Both the position numbers and the translations under genes were made by a program. A stretch of 31,406 bases of DNA from Trichoplax adhaerens (lineage: Eukaryota; Animalia; Placozoa), in assembly GCF_000150275.1 (NCBI RefSeq), contig NW_002060944.1, positions 9,330,704 through 9,362,109 on the forward strand, in the 5' to 3' direction. Every line of letters starts with the position of its first letter. Positions within the stretch are counted from its first letter, which is position 1. The notes under the pieces are model-generated. The model was not told where the DNA came from, searched no databases, and saw nothing but the letters and a program-made list of their open reading frames with translations. Shown in pieces: positions 1 through 13,182 of the stretch.

Positions 1-684
1 AACGGTAACGTACCGGTACGACTCCAAAATCGCTCTTGTACAATTCCTGTATTTTCTCAACTGGTCACCCACTACAGTAGTAACCAACCAAACGAATCTG
101 GAGCATCTGTATTACAGTCAATTCAGTATACGAATCTTGAACCATTCTCATACAAATCCTAGTGCAGCTTGCAACTGGTATACGCATGCGGCGTGGCCAA
201 CATTGGTCATGGCAAATGGGTATGGTGTACGACTGTCTGTCTGTACGCATACTCTACTTGACTTGAGTTAATACAGGCTCGAACTTCGTGTTCGAGAAGA
301 CGTCTATCGAATTTAGCGTCGCCATGGTCGCGCATGAACGTCACGTAGACTTGAATTACCGTACTGTACTGTACCGAACTGCGCTCTACGGTAGTCGACA
401 GATACTACACAGCACTGTAGCACTGCACTACTTACTGTAAATTACTGTACCGAACCGGACCGAACCGGACCGTACTCGACTACACTACACAGTACTGTAG
501 CAAAAAGCTCCTCACGTTCTACTGTTGTACTGTACACTGTACAGTAGAAAACCTTGTAGCTCTACACTCTACAGTACCAACAGTACAGCTACACGAGCAC
601 AGTCATGCAGCCGATGTACGACCGTAAAAAAGGTGAAAACCCCTGTCGGATCGTCAGAGATTTTATATCGTACTTCTAGCTACT

Positions 685-728
685 GTACATTGCACGCAGG
701 GTTACAGTACATTGCACGCAGGGCTACA
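685..728. repeat. 22-bp tandem duplication inside a low-complexity GTAC/ACTGTAC-rich tract (~360-780)
   Basis: GTACATTGCACGCAGGGTTACA is followed directly by GTACATTGCACGCAGGGCTACA. A (CCGAACCGGA)x2 repeat also lies near 450-470. Confidence 0.8.
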
Positions 729-1832
729 GTACTCACGTACAGGAACTCGGCTGCCAGTGGTACTGCGCACACTGCAGTCCAGTGTTTAGCATCTGCCACT
801 TCATTTTAGCATTGCAGCGGTCCTCCATTTTGATTTTTACTCGCTAAGCCAATCCAGCCCAATTTGTGTAAGTAGAACTGTATTGAACTAGTCTAATCAT
901 CGATCAAACCGATCGATCTTGACTGAGTTAGAATAGCATTTCTTAAAATGTAAATAGTAGACAACCACAAGCATGTTTGCATGAGTCGATGGCTCTCTCT
1001 CCGTTGCAAGGAGGCAGCCATCTTCGCATCTTTTTCAAACCGACAATAATGATAGGAAGAATCAATCCATCGTTGTTCATTGCAATGCTACAGAATATTA
1101 GCACACTTGAAACGGTCTTACAAGCTTTTCTTCTGGCTTTTCATTCAGTCCATCGTTACGGATACGAAATAAGTTATCAAAGGCAAATGATAGAATTAAA
1201 ATCGCCATCCAGTAAACGACCACTTTGCTACTGATACTAAAGTATTATATTGGAAGCATTGTTACATACAGTGGATAATCTTGTTTTGCTAACCCTTCAA
1301 TGTCAGCAATTTGTAATATTAAACCATTTGAAATGTCCAGGAGGCCTATCAAAACTGGGTTAACTTACTTCATTGATAGACAATACTGCCTGTTGATACT
1401 TTATAGATCATTTGAAAACTAAATGGTTGCATTGAGTGGACGCTTGGTACTACAGTTTCGCTAGCAAACGCAAAACGATAAATTGACATAGCTTTGACTT
1501 GCCTATCTCCATTTTTGTATGGAAATATACGCTTGATAGAAGCAATTTCTTTCACCAGCTATGCCATCAGGTAGAGGAATGGACATGGCTCCAACTTGAA
1601 TGAATAGCATCTCCATTCTTTTCTTCTATTTCAACCGTCATGATTAAAATTGTGTAGTTTTCCAAAGTGCTGCTACATTGTGCTAGTGACAGTAGTGGAA
1701 GGAAGTGTTTACTTCTCGCAAGTGCAGCATCATATTAATATTAGCGTCCTTGGGGTAGTCTAACCTGTGTTTACATTTCTAGCTTGTTTCATGACTTATG
1801 TACTAAATTTTTACGCCTTGGCTCAGTAGATA

Positions 1833-2166
1833 ATGTCGGAAGAGAAAGAAAAGATTGTTTTAAAGACGGCACCTTTTGACAACCGATTTCCCAACACTAA
1901 TCAAACCAAGAACTGCTGGCAAAATTATGTTGACTATCAAAGATGTATTAAGGCGAAAGGAGAAGATTTCGAAGCTTGTCAGTATTTCAAAAGGATCTAC
2001 AGAATAATGTGTCCCAATCATTGGGTAAATGAAAAAATTGATCCTTGTTAGTCAATATGCGCGTAATGGGTGATAATTAACTTTTCTTGTCTTGATACAC
2101 TTGCCGCTATAGGTTGAGCAATGGGATGAACAAGTAGAAAATGGAACTTTTGCTGGAAGAATTTAA
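1833..2166 (+). CDS. COX6B: Cytochrome c oxidase subunit 6B, 81 aa; exons 1833-2024 and 2113-2166
   Basis: Translation contains [54 protein letters not shown], the COX6B signature with twin Cx9C/Cx10C. A GT donor at 2025 and AG acceptor at 2112 restore [23 protein letters not shown] lies near 2356. Confidence 0.97.
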
Positions 2167-4129
2167 GTAAATTGTTTAAAGTAATGTTTGCTGTTGGATT
2201 AGTATGAAGGATATTATATGTGATAACGCCTGTTATCCTTGCTATGCAGTAGCTCACGGTTAAAACTTAGCCTATCTTGTCAAAGTGACGATTTTTTTCG
2301 TTCTATCATGACATCTTATTACTGTATTCTGTATTACATGCTTATGGTATAGAATAATAAATGTTTATTCTATGCATTAGCAAACTTGTAATATTTGAAA
2401 AGTTTATAGTATGATGTAAAAGTAGAATACATAAGCAGACTTGATTCCAAAGAGTAGCTGCAAGAAATAATATAATTACCCGACATTTTCCTGACTACAA
2501 CTTATTGCCGATTGTACTGTACGATTACTCTCGGAAAATCACGTTTTATTTGTTGAGTGAGTATTACTGCTTCTGATCGGCACGTTTATAGATAATGCTG
2601 CTTCTTGGTGGCTACGTCCTTAACGGTATACAGTTTTATCAAGCTGCTAAAATTGTCCATGAAAAACGCTGTACAAGAAAGGCCATTCCATCATATGAGT
2701 CATAACGTACTAATTCATGTGTTGGTAAACAAGCCTGTACTACAGTACTTGCTTGAAATGACAAAACAATAGTTTTTGTTCAGAATCATAAGTTTAGAAC
2801 CCTCATGAAATTGTCAGTTTGATAGCTTACAAGCATGATATAATTAGAAGGCATCGTTATGAAACAACGAAATCAGCAGTCACATATAATATTTGCTTAT
2901 AACCAAGTATCAAATATACGTATAGAAATCAATTTTACAGACGACAGAGAATAGACAATGCAACATTTGGGAAAGGAGAGTAAATTCATACTAATCAAAT
3001 TAGCAATCATACAGGATGTTTATGGTCAGGAAATCTCGTCAGGATATTATTAACTACTGAAGATTAAGAAAAAATTGAGATTAACAGAGGTAGTGGTTTC
3101 CAATACAATATTATTCTGCCACCAAATTTTAACCTGACTGCATTTCTCAACCTACCAAATGCTCAGATTACTCTATTTGTATTTGTAGCGTAGCCTCAAA
3201 TATAGCTTAATAGATTGTGAAAATTGTGAGTAGAAAACCATAGATTGAGAGATTGTAGAGTGATATGATTCTAATTAAGGTCAATGAGCTAAATAAGGCT
3301 AACTAGTTACAGTACTCGTAAATATTGTAGCTCTGCTTAGAAATATCTGGTTAAGGTGCTGTAACACCAATGAATGCAAAGTAAGTTAGAATAATTAACA
3401 AGGTTGATTGGTACAAGACGTAATCCCATATAATAAAGTGAATTAAGTAAATTATTTTCCTAAGATACAGAGGTTTCATTTTTTATTAAACTTACAGTAG
3501 ATTAGACACTTTATCACAATATTATAAATGTTGGTTAAATAGGATTCGAGGCATAAAATTCAGTCTCAGCTTAATATACTAGTTACTATATCTATTGAGA
3601 GTAACATTTCAAGAGTATACCAAAATTTACAGGCGTACTGAAATTTAATCGACTGATTTAAACTCGCCCTTTAATATTTTAATTCTATATAGTACAGATA
3701 CCATCATTCTAAATGAAAACATTGGAAAACGTTTTATTAGGAGAGCGAAAAAAAGAGTTACTGAGTGTGTATATAGATATTAAGATATTGCTTATGTCGA
3801 TGACTATCATCTCGGTGATGGCAATGAAAATATTTTTGACTGCAACTTTAATTATAAATATCGTTGTTTGAATTATTTAGAGATGGAAAATATAAATATT
3901 GCAACACGTATATCTGTATAGTTATATCTAGATTAAATTTTAATTAAAGTTTCAGCCTGCAAGATAAACATTATTTACTTGCTGTACTTATAAATAATTG
4001 TTTCAGAAAAGCAAAGAAAATGATAATGGTATTTATAACATTATGTATTGGAATAGGAACTAAACTATTCGGCTAATAGGGTACGAGTATCATGCCGTTG
4101 ATCACGAGTATTCTTAATTAATAGCTTTG

Positions 4130-5282
4130 CTAGATAGAATATATGGCTTCAAACCATAAATTAGTTGACGTTTCGTCATTCTGATTACATCGGAAGTCAA
4201 GATTGGCACTACTTGAGATGAAATAGCTGAATAGATGCCTTATTTTAGTTAATTCGGCATAATTGCCATCTATAAACGTTATTCCACAAGTTTTAGTTTC
4301 GTAACCACGCTACGTAAGGATGTAATAGAAAAATTGCTGATAATAAAATCTGCAGTCTACACTGCCTGATCCCGGTATGTTAGCGTAGTCGACCAACTGA
4401 CAACGTTAAAATCTCCAGTAGGGAAATCAAAGTTTGCAAATTGACCTCGTACATAATCTCGACAATCAAGTGGTACTGAATCGAAATTACTTGTAAGCCT
4501 TCAGGGAGTTATTCCTGTTAAATCTCGTATTTCTTCCATCCGACTCTTCGACATGCGATAACTAGACCAGTTAGGATTAAACTCATCAATTGGATTATAG
4601 TAGTTATAGCCTAGTATTTCATATGGCTTCATCATCTTATTCCTGTCCTACCATGAAACAACAAGGGTGTACAGTTAATGTACACATATTCTTCCTCCGA
4701 CATAAAGTTGCGGTAGACATGATACGGGCGATCACGTTGTCAAAGACCAAATACTTCCCATTTTAACATAGCCGACACATCGTAAATCATTGAGTACCGT
4801 ATAATATAATTGTCACTGCAAAATTAAGTTGACTTCATATTTATCTATACCGAAGATAGACCAACAACAATGGATGGCTTAAATATCTGTGCATAACATG
4901 CATCAAGTCACTGGAAATGAATTAAAATTTATTTATTTCTGTACGACAGATTTTCATACAGAAGTATTATAAATAAGACTATGATTTACTGCTAATAATA
5001 TTTTATAGTATATGCTCTTTTATTGTATACAACATCAAAATTGATTAAAACTATCGCAATTTGCAAGATTATTACTGATAATATATGTTGATTAAGTTTG
5101 ATATATAATCCTGAAAGATATTTGAGCTAGGCTACATTTACTGTAGTGGTATTCAGGTTAGTCAACTTTATCTTCTGAATAGGTCTCTGACATTAAAGTA
5201 GAAATGATCTTATGATATACGTATATTTCATGAACTTCTGCAGCGACAAAGATAGCAATAAGATTAGCGTCCAAAGTTTCAT
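4130..5282 (-). pseudogene. Decayed gene for a secreted protein with an unnamed Cys/Trp-containing domain (copy A)
   Basis: A frameshifted signal-peptide-like start MKLWTLI(L)IAIFVAAEVH begins at 5282. The domain reads ...YNPIDEFNPNWSSYRMSKSRMEEIRDLTGITP*RLTSNFDSVPLDCRDYVRGQFANFDF...CQLVDYANI...LDFRCNQNDETSTNLWFEA, with in-frame stops and frameshifts. It is clearly homologous to 13183-13818 and 12086-12417. Confidence 0.7.
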
Positions 5283-6506
5283 GTCCTTGATAATAAAATA
5301 GATTATTTAAAAAGAATATATTGCACTGAAAACGAACTAGAAACGATAGAAAATTACTAATATTACGTCGATAGAAGAAAAGCTAGCAGTTGTAGTAGTC
5401 ACAAAATCAACGTTATGCTTTTTAAATATACGCACAAAAGCATAAATAAGAGCCGTGCTGTACGCTATCAACTGTTGGTGTTCTGCCTGTATTTATTTTG
5501 AAATCGATCACGTTTCGTTGATGATGCTAATTGCGCTTTAAGTTCATGCACATAAATTTAATGTATAACCATCCTACAGATAGCTAATATCGATCATTGT
5601 TTAATAGCTTTATGCCAATTAAATTTATTTATTTACAGTGTTACCATGCTAGGTAATTATGTTCTTGTTCTCTTAAGTCGATTAATACAATATTACATCA
5701 TCAAAGAATGCTAATGTTAATCGAAATAATGCAGCTCGGTTTTATAAATAAATGCAAAGATTTAAACCTAATTACATAAACAATCTAGTTTATCTTCATG
5801 TATGGATTTGTACAGGATGAGGATGATAAGTTTGATTTCAATTTAGGGTAAGTAAATGGCGAGAAAAGCTTTAGATAGCTGCAATTGTTGAAATGAATGT
5901 ATATATATATCGCAAACTGAATTAGAATCAGACAGAATCAGCTTCAGACCGATTGAAAATAATTTAGGATCTCATTAGTATGATTTAGTAGTCAGAATGG
6001 TTTCAACAAATATCAGCTACCGTAAAGACTTTCTATCGTATAATATGCAGCTACATTATAAGCATTATATAAAATTAGACTTATAATGGAGCCGATGTGT
6101 ATAATGCTCCTAGTTATACTGACAGGATGCTCCACCAACGCTATATGTGTTTAATATCAGAATGCTTTCATCGCTATCTTGGAACCTGGAAATTTGTCAA
6201 TATAAGTACTAAAATAGATCAATTAATTAATAAGTGATAAGATTAGTAGTACCCTATTCAGACGAATAGAAAGGCTAGTAATCACTATTGGCACTGGCTT
6301 TTCCTGCCACGAAAGTCTTTCTATTTTAATTTTTTCGACACAGTAACGAAGACATTTACTTTTAAACTATATATTATTGTATAGCGCAAGTGAAAGAAAC
6401 TACCAAACTCCCACAAACAATAATTACTCTTTTGAAGAAAATAGGGTGTGTATCGCCGCCCCTTAGAAATCGCTGTCCTCCTATACAAATCATGTAAATC
6501 TTATAT

Positions 6507-6778
6507 TGTCAAGTTAATATGTGTGCACCACAAATTTAGTGGAAGGGTATTTAAGGACGAGCGAATGCTCAGTTCCTGAGTTCATTATAAGATCGTGTAC
6601 GAGAAGGTACTCGGCTACTCTACTAATAACAACTATACTAATCTTTTAGAACAGTCTTATCCCTGTGTGACCGAAAGTAGTAAAGGACTACCATACAGTA
6701 GATCTCAAGGTGTAGTGAAGCAAGGCATAAGTAATCTATTAGTTTAGTGTAGTAGTTCGCAACATAAGTTTTGTGACA
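6507..6778 (+). mobile_element. Solo LTR-like element, 272 bp
   Basis: Termini TGTCA...TGACA are flanked on both sides by ATAT (4-bp target-site duplication). An internal TATA-like GGGTATTTAAGG lies at ~6546. In opposite orientation it shares TGTCACAAAAC and CTTAAATACCCTT with the element at 13858. Confidence 0.7.
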
Positions 6779-6819
6779 ATATGATAAGCCTAATGGCCTC
6801 AATATTATAGATTGTATAG

Positions 6820-7410
6820 CTATTAGGATTAGAAAATTTAAATAAGACAGGACAGGACTGTTGCGGAGTAACTTTTGCGTAGCAGTCATAGTACACGGTA
6901 TACGAGGTATATTCGTACGTATTTGTAATACGCGTATAATTTGGACTAACCTAGTCTATACAGGGCATAAAATTAGACTAGCCCAGAATATTTCCGATTA
7001 TACTTTGGAGTGGATGCAGTCTAAAGAGGTTCATCGATATCTAAGTGCAGCGTCTGATAACTGATATTTACTTTATAATAATATATTACCTAAATATTAT
7101 TAATTGCATCACTGTTAGGATTAGATAACGTAAATAGAGCCAAAAAGGACTGTTACAGAGTTACTTTTAAGTAGCACCCGTAGTATAGGTTTTATAAAAT
7201 AAATTTGCTGGCAATGTATAGATAGTAGTTAATCCACGATAGTTTATATAGGTACTAGTAATATATAACCTAGATTAGAAAAGACTATACCCGTATATAA
7301 ACTAGACTAGCTCAGCACATTTCCGAATTTAGTTTGGAGGAGGTATAATCTGGGCTGGTTCATCGATATCTAAGTATTGATAACGGATGTTTACGTAGCA
7401 ATAACATACT
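6820..7410. repeat. Diverged ~300-bp tandem duplication (two units, ~6820-7100 and ~7110-7410)
   Basis: The shared blocks AGGATTAGA..., AGGACTGTT..GAGT.ACTTTT..GTAGCA, TAGACTAGC.CAG.A.ATTTCCGA.T and GGTTCATCGATATCTAAGT occur in the same order in both units. Confidence 0.75.
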
Positions 7411-9175
7411 AGGATTTGAATATTTAATTACAGATTAATTTCAGTCTGATCATCTAAAGCAATATTAGGACTTTAATAACTTGAAAAATCATTATCTACT
7501 ATCTGCAATTACTACTCGTAGCAAAGTACGGTGCACAAATCTGATAATTTTATAAAATGCTATTAGATTAATTTACGTATATTTCATGTACTGTAAGTCC
7601 GATTTGCACACTCTGCTCTACTTAATATGGCTTAAACGCCAAGCATGTTGAGAAACAATCAAACATAAATTTATTTATTTAACATCTTTGAAGAATGCGG
7701 TATATCAACGAACAACTCTACAAATTGTAAATCGCTACCGTTTGCAAACGAAAAAATAAGAAAACAAAAGACCGAAACAGTCAAAAACCTTACAAAGACA
7801 ACTTGAATTTCACTTGCATTCCACCGGTGACGAATGCTGGCCTTTAAACTCCTAATTCAATCTCAAAAAAATGATTTTTTCCCCTTAATTTCTAACTATG
7901 CCGCCATTTATAGGATTTTTAGAGCTCTTGATCGCCTCTAGAGTAAAACTTAACACATATTGACCTAACATGCCTAAAATTATCTTTAATAATCTGCTTG
8001 ATTTAGTAATTAATTACGCAAAGTCCCGACAAAAATACTTTATGACTTCCTTAAAAAATGGCCATAAAACTAATCAAAAAATCATGAAATACATCAAATT
8101 TTTATATCTCTTATCAATTTTATCTATTAAACAATATAAAAAGCTTATAGTTGATCTTAAAAAGCAAGATTGAACTAAAATACAAAAACTTGAACAATAA
8201 AGATCATTTCCGCCATCTTAATCATTTTAGTTAGGGTTAATGTGCTATATACATTATTATGTTGGACATTATTGGAAGAGTCATTATATATAAAGCACTA
8301 CAACAAGATTCAGATGGTAAGATCTATGGATTAATTATCAATCAGAACGAGACTACTTCTAGTGATAATTTATTCAAGATTGCAGATGACTTGGTTATCG
8401 TGAATTAATGAATTGAAAAACATATTTATAATTAAAAATCGCGCATAGGAGTTTATAAGCTCATGATAATGTAACTTAGGTTCTTGTTTGCTTATTGATG
8501 GTTTATTATAACATTACAGTTCTGAATTATTGCAGTGAAAGTCTTTATTTTCTTACATGCTATCTAGGCGTGAACTGTTGCCAAGCCAGATTTGGATTAC
8601 TTTAAAATCCACCAAATTAATCCGAACTACTATTATCGGAGCCCTCTAAAAAATCTGAAAAATTCGACTAACTGTTTCGTAATTGTGATGGAGGGTCCGA
8701 AGAGTCAGATGTAGTTTTAGTTGCCATGCAGAGAATTGCATAAAGAGCTTAAGAAAGGAGGATACTTTATTGTAGATAGTAGTTAGGTACAATGTGATAA
8801 TTACGGTAGATCAGCGTGGTAGCTGCCGTGAGTAAAGTATGAATACTAACTGTAACTAATAATGCAACTTAAGAAATCTAAGGTAGAAAACGGCGGTATT
8901 TATTGCTATAGCATTAGAATACAGGCAGAGAACATGATTATAGGATTAGATACAACATATACCATAACAGGTTACAACATATCTGATGATTGTAGCAAAC
9001 AACGAGTACTGTAATAACTAAATACAGTAGTCTATATGTGAATGTGAAGTAAGCTGACTGTAGATATGTCTAAATATAAGAGCAATACAACATGTCTATA
9101 TTGAAGAGTAGAATATAGTTACAGTATATTCTAAATACACTACAGTAATCTCATCGCGTTAGTTTATTCTGAGAA

Positions 9176-10156
9176 CTAATTGGCTAGATTGTGCATCATC
9201 TCGGTTAAAAATTCAGTACTAACATCGGTATCAGTGCCGTCACTTGAAATTGCTAAGAAACCAAATATATCTGTATCAGTATCGTTATTAGAATTGCTTA
9301 AAGATACATATGTATGATTGCTAGAACTACTATCATCGTTGCTTGAAGTTATTGAAGACGTGGCAGACTTTGAGTAGCTTGAAGATTCATTATCTGTATT
9401 TCTGGTATAGTATTTCCTTTTTTCTCCATAAAAGATATCAGTTTCGGTATCCTGGTCACAGCAATCCGTCTGATTATCAACCTTAACAAAAACAAACTCT
9501 CTTAACCTATTCGCGGCCAGTGCATTTTCTCTACTTTTTGTTTTTCGATGGCAATAACCAGGATACCTTTCAGGCCCAAAAGATCTTTTAGCACATAAGC
9601 TATAACTATTAGATTCTGCTGCAGCAGTAATATTATAAATATACCCTTGGTAAAATGCCCATTTTTCCTCCGTTTGCGCTAGAGTAATATGAATTCTGCC
9701 TCCTTTATCCTGTACTTTAGATGATGATTCAAAGAATCGCTTGAGTATCAGAGGCAAAGTTTGTTCTCGATAACCTGATCCATCATGAGGGCAATTCCAG
9801 TGGATACGATCAAATTTTTCATTTTTTGTTTGCGAATGCTCATGGATTTTCTCTGCGTCTAGGCCCAAAATTACTGTTACTCCACGACTTTTTAATCCTT
9901 CGATGCGACGGCAAAACTTGCTACAAAATTCACGTTTATAATGCTGGCCATTTTTTTTATCACAATAACCACATGACATTTCATTGCGTTCATTTAGAGG
10001 ATTAATTTCTGAGGCAGTAATAGATTCCCCTAAATTTGGATGGTTACCTTTATGCTTCTTGAGCAATGACCAAATACCGCGAAAAGTATTTTCTCCGACA
10101 AATAGTCTCTTTTTATGATTTCCGCTACATTTGCGGTTTTTTGACTTTGCGGCCAT
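9176..10156 (-). CDS. DUF2431 / BMT5-like (rRNA uridine-N3 methyltransferase-like) domain protein, 326 aa, intronless, with a Ser/Asp-rich tail
   Basis: Motifs LFVGENTF, GVTVILGLDAEKI, FDRIHWNCPHDG, FFESSSKVQDKGGRIHITL, YNITAAA and FGPERYPGY follow the order of the DUF2431 consensus as I recall it (LLVGEGDFSF; GVDAT; FDRIIFNFPH; FF...GEIHVTL; WNI..LA; F....YPGY). It is the only long ORF in the window. Confidence 0.85.
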   Translation of the reverse strand: MAAKSKNRKCSGNHKKRLFVGENTFRGIWSLLKKHKGNHPNLGESITASEINPLNERNEMSCGYCDKKNGQHYKREFCSKFCRRIEGLKSRGVTVILGLDAEKIHEHSQTKNEKFDRIHWNCPHDGSGYREQTLPLILKRFFESSSKVQDKGGRIHITLAQTEEKWAFYQGYIYNITAAAESNSYSLCAKRSFGPERYPGYCHRKTKSRENALAANRLREFVFVKVDNQTDCCDQDTETDIFYGEKRKYYTRNTDNESSSYSKSATSSITSSNDDSSSSNHTYVSLSNSNNDTDTDIFGFLAISSDGTDTDVSTEFLTEMMHNLAN

Positions 10157-12085
10157 CTCCCTAGCTAACTTTATCGCTCGGGTTTAGAATATCGCTTTAG
10201 CTACAGTGATAACTAGAAGATTCTTTTCTGCAAACCCACTGCAGTATTTACTTATCGTTTCTGCTATAAAAATGTAGTATTAATCTTTCTGTTTTATTGG
10301 AAAATAATCGGTACTTTTCTACTCTTCCTACTCATACAGCAAAAACTTTTGCAACTTCTAGAGCTTGATACACTACGCGGCTGCTTTTCATATAAACTGG
10401 TTCTAATACACTTTATTAAACATCGTTCATTAGTACAGGTATGAATACATGACATAATTCTTAGTGAATAGAGTGGGGGTAACTTGTATATTATCTACGA
10501 TAAGGGATACTTAGGAACGCGGAAGTGAAAACTAAAGTAGCTCAGTTGTGAGATAGGTCTTCTCTATCTGTTGTGTCTACAATAGCAGTAATAAGCAAAC
10601 TATGACAACAACAAATACATTTATTCTACCATTTAGGCGGTAGTTTGATTAATTAGAGTAATATTAGATCATTGTTCTAATATGGCAGCTATAACTATAC
10701 ACTAATATACGCGTATTTAATGATTATATACATGCGTGTTTATTTGTATCATTAGAGAGGGTCTTGCAACCGCATGATCTTTAGGCTGTTTTTAATTCTT
10801 AATGATTTAGTAACGACAATTGGCGATAGCGTATATAAAGTACATAGTCTATCGCATTCTGGCAATGGTCAACATATCCATTCATACCCGTACCTTGTTC
10901 TTTATGCATGCTTACTATATATATCTTAGAGGACGTTTGCAATTTTCCGATCTACTCTCTATAAGTTGCCTACACTGGGTGTTTAGAATGAACTTCACTA
11001 CATCTCCTGAAGATAGGAAATTGTCAGCATTTAGAATTGTACTATAAGCTATAGATATTGAGAAGGATAAACCTGAGAGAAGGCATAGATGAGCTCGGAT
11101 AGTAGTATATAACATAAACAATAACATATATAACATATATATATATATATACGATAATTTCTAGTAGTGACTTTAATTTTTTACGTTATAGATTTCGACG
11201 TTCGATTTGGAATTGAGGGATTGCTGTGCGATGTATATTATTACTTTGTAATATCTGCTAATATAGCCTCGTATCATGTATTTGAAAAAGTAGAGAGGTA
11301 ATCAATAATAATCAACATTATAATGATGCTTAATTATATAATTAATTATTCGTATTTCAAAGTGTCCTCCAAATTTTTTTGTAGCTGGCAAAATTGAAAA
11401 TATTGTGCACGTATGTTACTGTATGTTGCGGTTATATACTTTTTCATGAACATTAATTGATGGTGGTGGCTAACCTTGATGAGATTTTTATCAGTCTGAA
11501 GCTAACGCAGTATTCAGATACTTACCTTTATTTGCAAATGAATTGGTTTGGCCAAACTGTTTAGTCAAGCGCTTTATAGGTGTCGGTGATGGAGAAAATG
11601 ATGATGAGATCTTTAAATCTATACATTATTAGATTATTTTATTAGATAGGTCAATTGGCGAAAAAATTTTCTCTAGCTCAATAGAATGATTAAATAATTT
11701 GGTATATAATTGTGAATCATTATATCTTAGCAATGAAATCAATTCCAAACTATTAATCTACTTACATGATCCCAAAATCCATTTTCTATGATATTATTGG
11801 CTGTACTAACATTCGTTACAACTCACGTCCATTTCTTTCGTTATAAAATCATTGGCTACTGAAATAGATATATCTAAGCCGATATTTAATTAACATAGAA
11901 TCAGAATACGTAGTTGTCATTTGAAGAAAGTTCGATAAAATAGGATGATGCTGAAGTTAAAGTTGATTGGAACATTTCATAAAACTACTAGCATACTAGC
12001 GCAGTAGGGCATCCACATCTAAAATTAACAACGGTGATCTTATTATTCTGCCAGTAGAAATTGCTTTAACTATTGCAGGTTAACC

Positions 12086-12417
12086 TTATAGGATTGGATG
12101 CTTATCACCAAACCATAGCTTGGTTATCGAATTTTGATTATTCTGGCATCGAAATTGAGAATTATGTTCATTTACATCGCAATAACCAATAAATTGATTA
12201 ATTATTTTAAATTCTTGCTGATAAACACTACGGAAGGTAATTTCGCAACATTCACGTGTGTGGTATCATAGGGTGGCAAAAAAGTAGCCTAAATGTTGAA
12301 TAAAGTATACTTTACAGTTTTCGCATCCAGATCCCTTCACATTAATATAATCAGCTAATCGAAGACCAATGCGCATCCTCTGTAAGAAAATGAAAGTTTA
12401 CAAATCGATCTTTGTAA
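12086..12417 (-). pseudogene. 3' fragment of the same secreted-domain family (copy C)
   Basis: Reads RFVNFHFLTEDAH / ADYINVKGSGCENCKVYFIQ...*... / NSQFRCQNNQNSITKLWFGDKHPIL*. This aligns with the C-terminal half of copy A (DYANI; FRCNQNDETSTNLWF). It contains frameshifts and a stop. Confidence 0.65.
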
Positions 12418-12704
12418 GTTAAGAAATTAAGTGAATGAAGTAGTATATACTGAAAAGTATACACACACGCGCACAAAAAAATTATTTTAATATATAGATT
12501 ATATAGTATGTAATTATGTAAAGTATAAAGCATACTTAAATGCAGTTTATTAAGCAATTTTACGTTAGTTGTCTTGTATTAAAGCTTATAATAATAATAA
12601 AATATAACTTATTAACTTAAAATTAATAATACTTTGACACAAAATCCTAGTATAAGAATTCTAGTACTATAATTTACCTAGATACTAGAATAATTGTAGG
12701 TTGA

Positions 12705-12789
12705 TGTAGTGCTTGGGTTTTACAACCTCTTAGGTTTGCAATCGACTAACTTAAAACTTGAGTTATTAAAATTGAGCTAATCTCTAATG
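12705..12789 (+). repeat. Truncated copy of the 5' end of the LTR-like element at 15695
   Basis: TGTAGTGCTTGGGTTTTACAACCTCTTAGGTTTGCAATC...GTTATTAAAA..GAG..AATCTCTAA matches 15695-15778. Confidence 0.75.
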
Positions 12790-13182
12790 TGGAACATGTC
12801 TATGTTTGTAGATGATTCTATGTATTTGCTGATATACCGATACCTTACTTATACTAAATTTAGTAAAACTATTATAAGAGTATTTTGATATTAAAATTTT
12901 ATGGTTACATGTTTAAGGTATTAGTCGCCGAATGCTGTTCTATACAAGAGTCTTATAAAAAGTGAGATGACGTAGGAAATCTGTTTACATATTTACTAGG
13001 GTGATGAATATTAAATTAAAAGATAGAGATAGCAATAATATGTTTACGCTTGAACATTTTCTATAGAACCAGAGTTTCTCTTAAAATAAAGATAACTATT
13101 GTTAATGACTTTAGCTAAAAAACTTGACTTAGTGTCTTAAGTTAGCTTGTGTTTTTCTTGTTCCAACTACTGAGTTGTGACA

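Noticed and set aside
65-809. ORFs 65-250 and 525-809
   Set aside because: They arise from low-complexity GTAC-rich sequence and show no recognisable protein features.
880-1641. Possible gene divergent from COX6B on the minus strand (ATG at 1641; exon-like YQQAVLSINE|GTAAGT; KDAKMAASLQRRE)
   Set aside because: I could not assemble a stop-free spliced frame or recognise a family. It may be a real or decayed gene but is unsupported.
2048-2257. Minus-strand ORF of 69 aa
   Set aside because: It is the antisense shadow of the COX6B intron, exon 2 and 3' UTR.
5637-5855. Isolated exon-like segments (TGTTACCATGCTAG|GTAATT; GATGAGGATGATAAG...AGG|GTAAGT)
   Set aside because: The splice signals are plausible, but I could build no consistent ORF.
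8225-8240. AGGG-TTAA resembling a piggyBac right end
   Set aside because: I found no matching TTAA-CCCT left end upstream.
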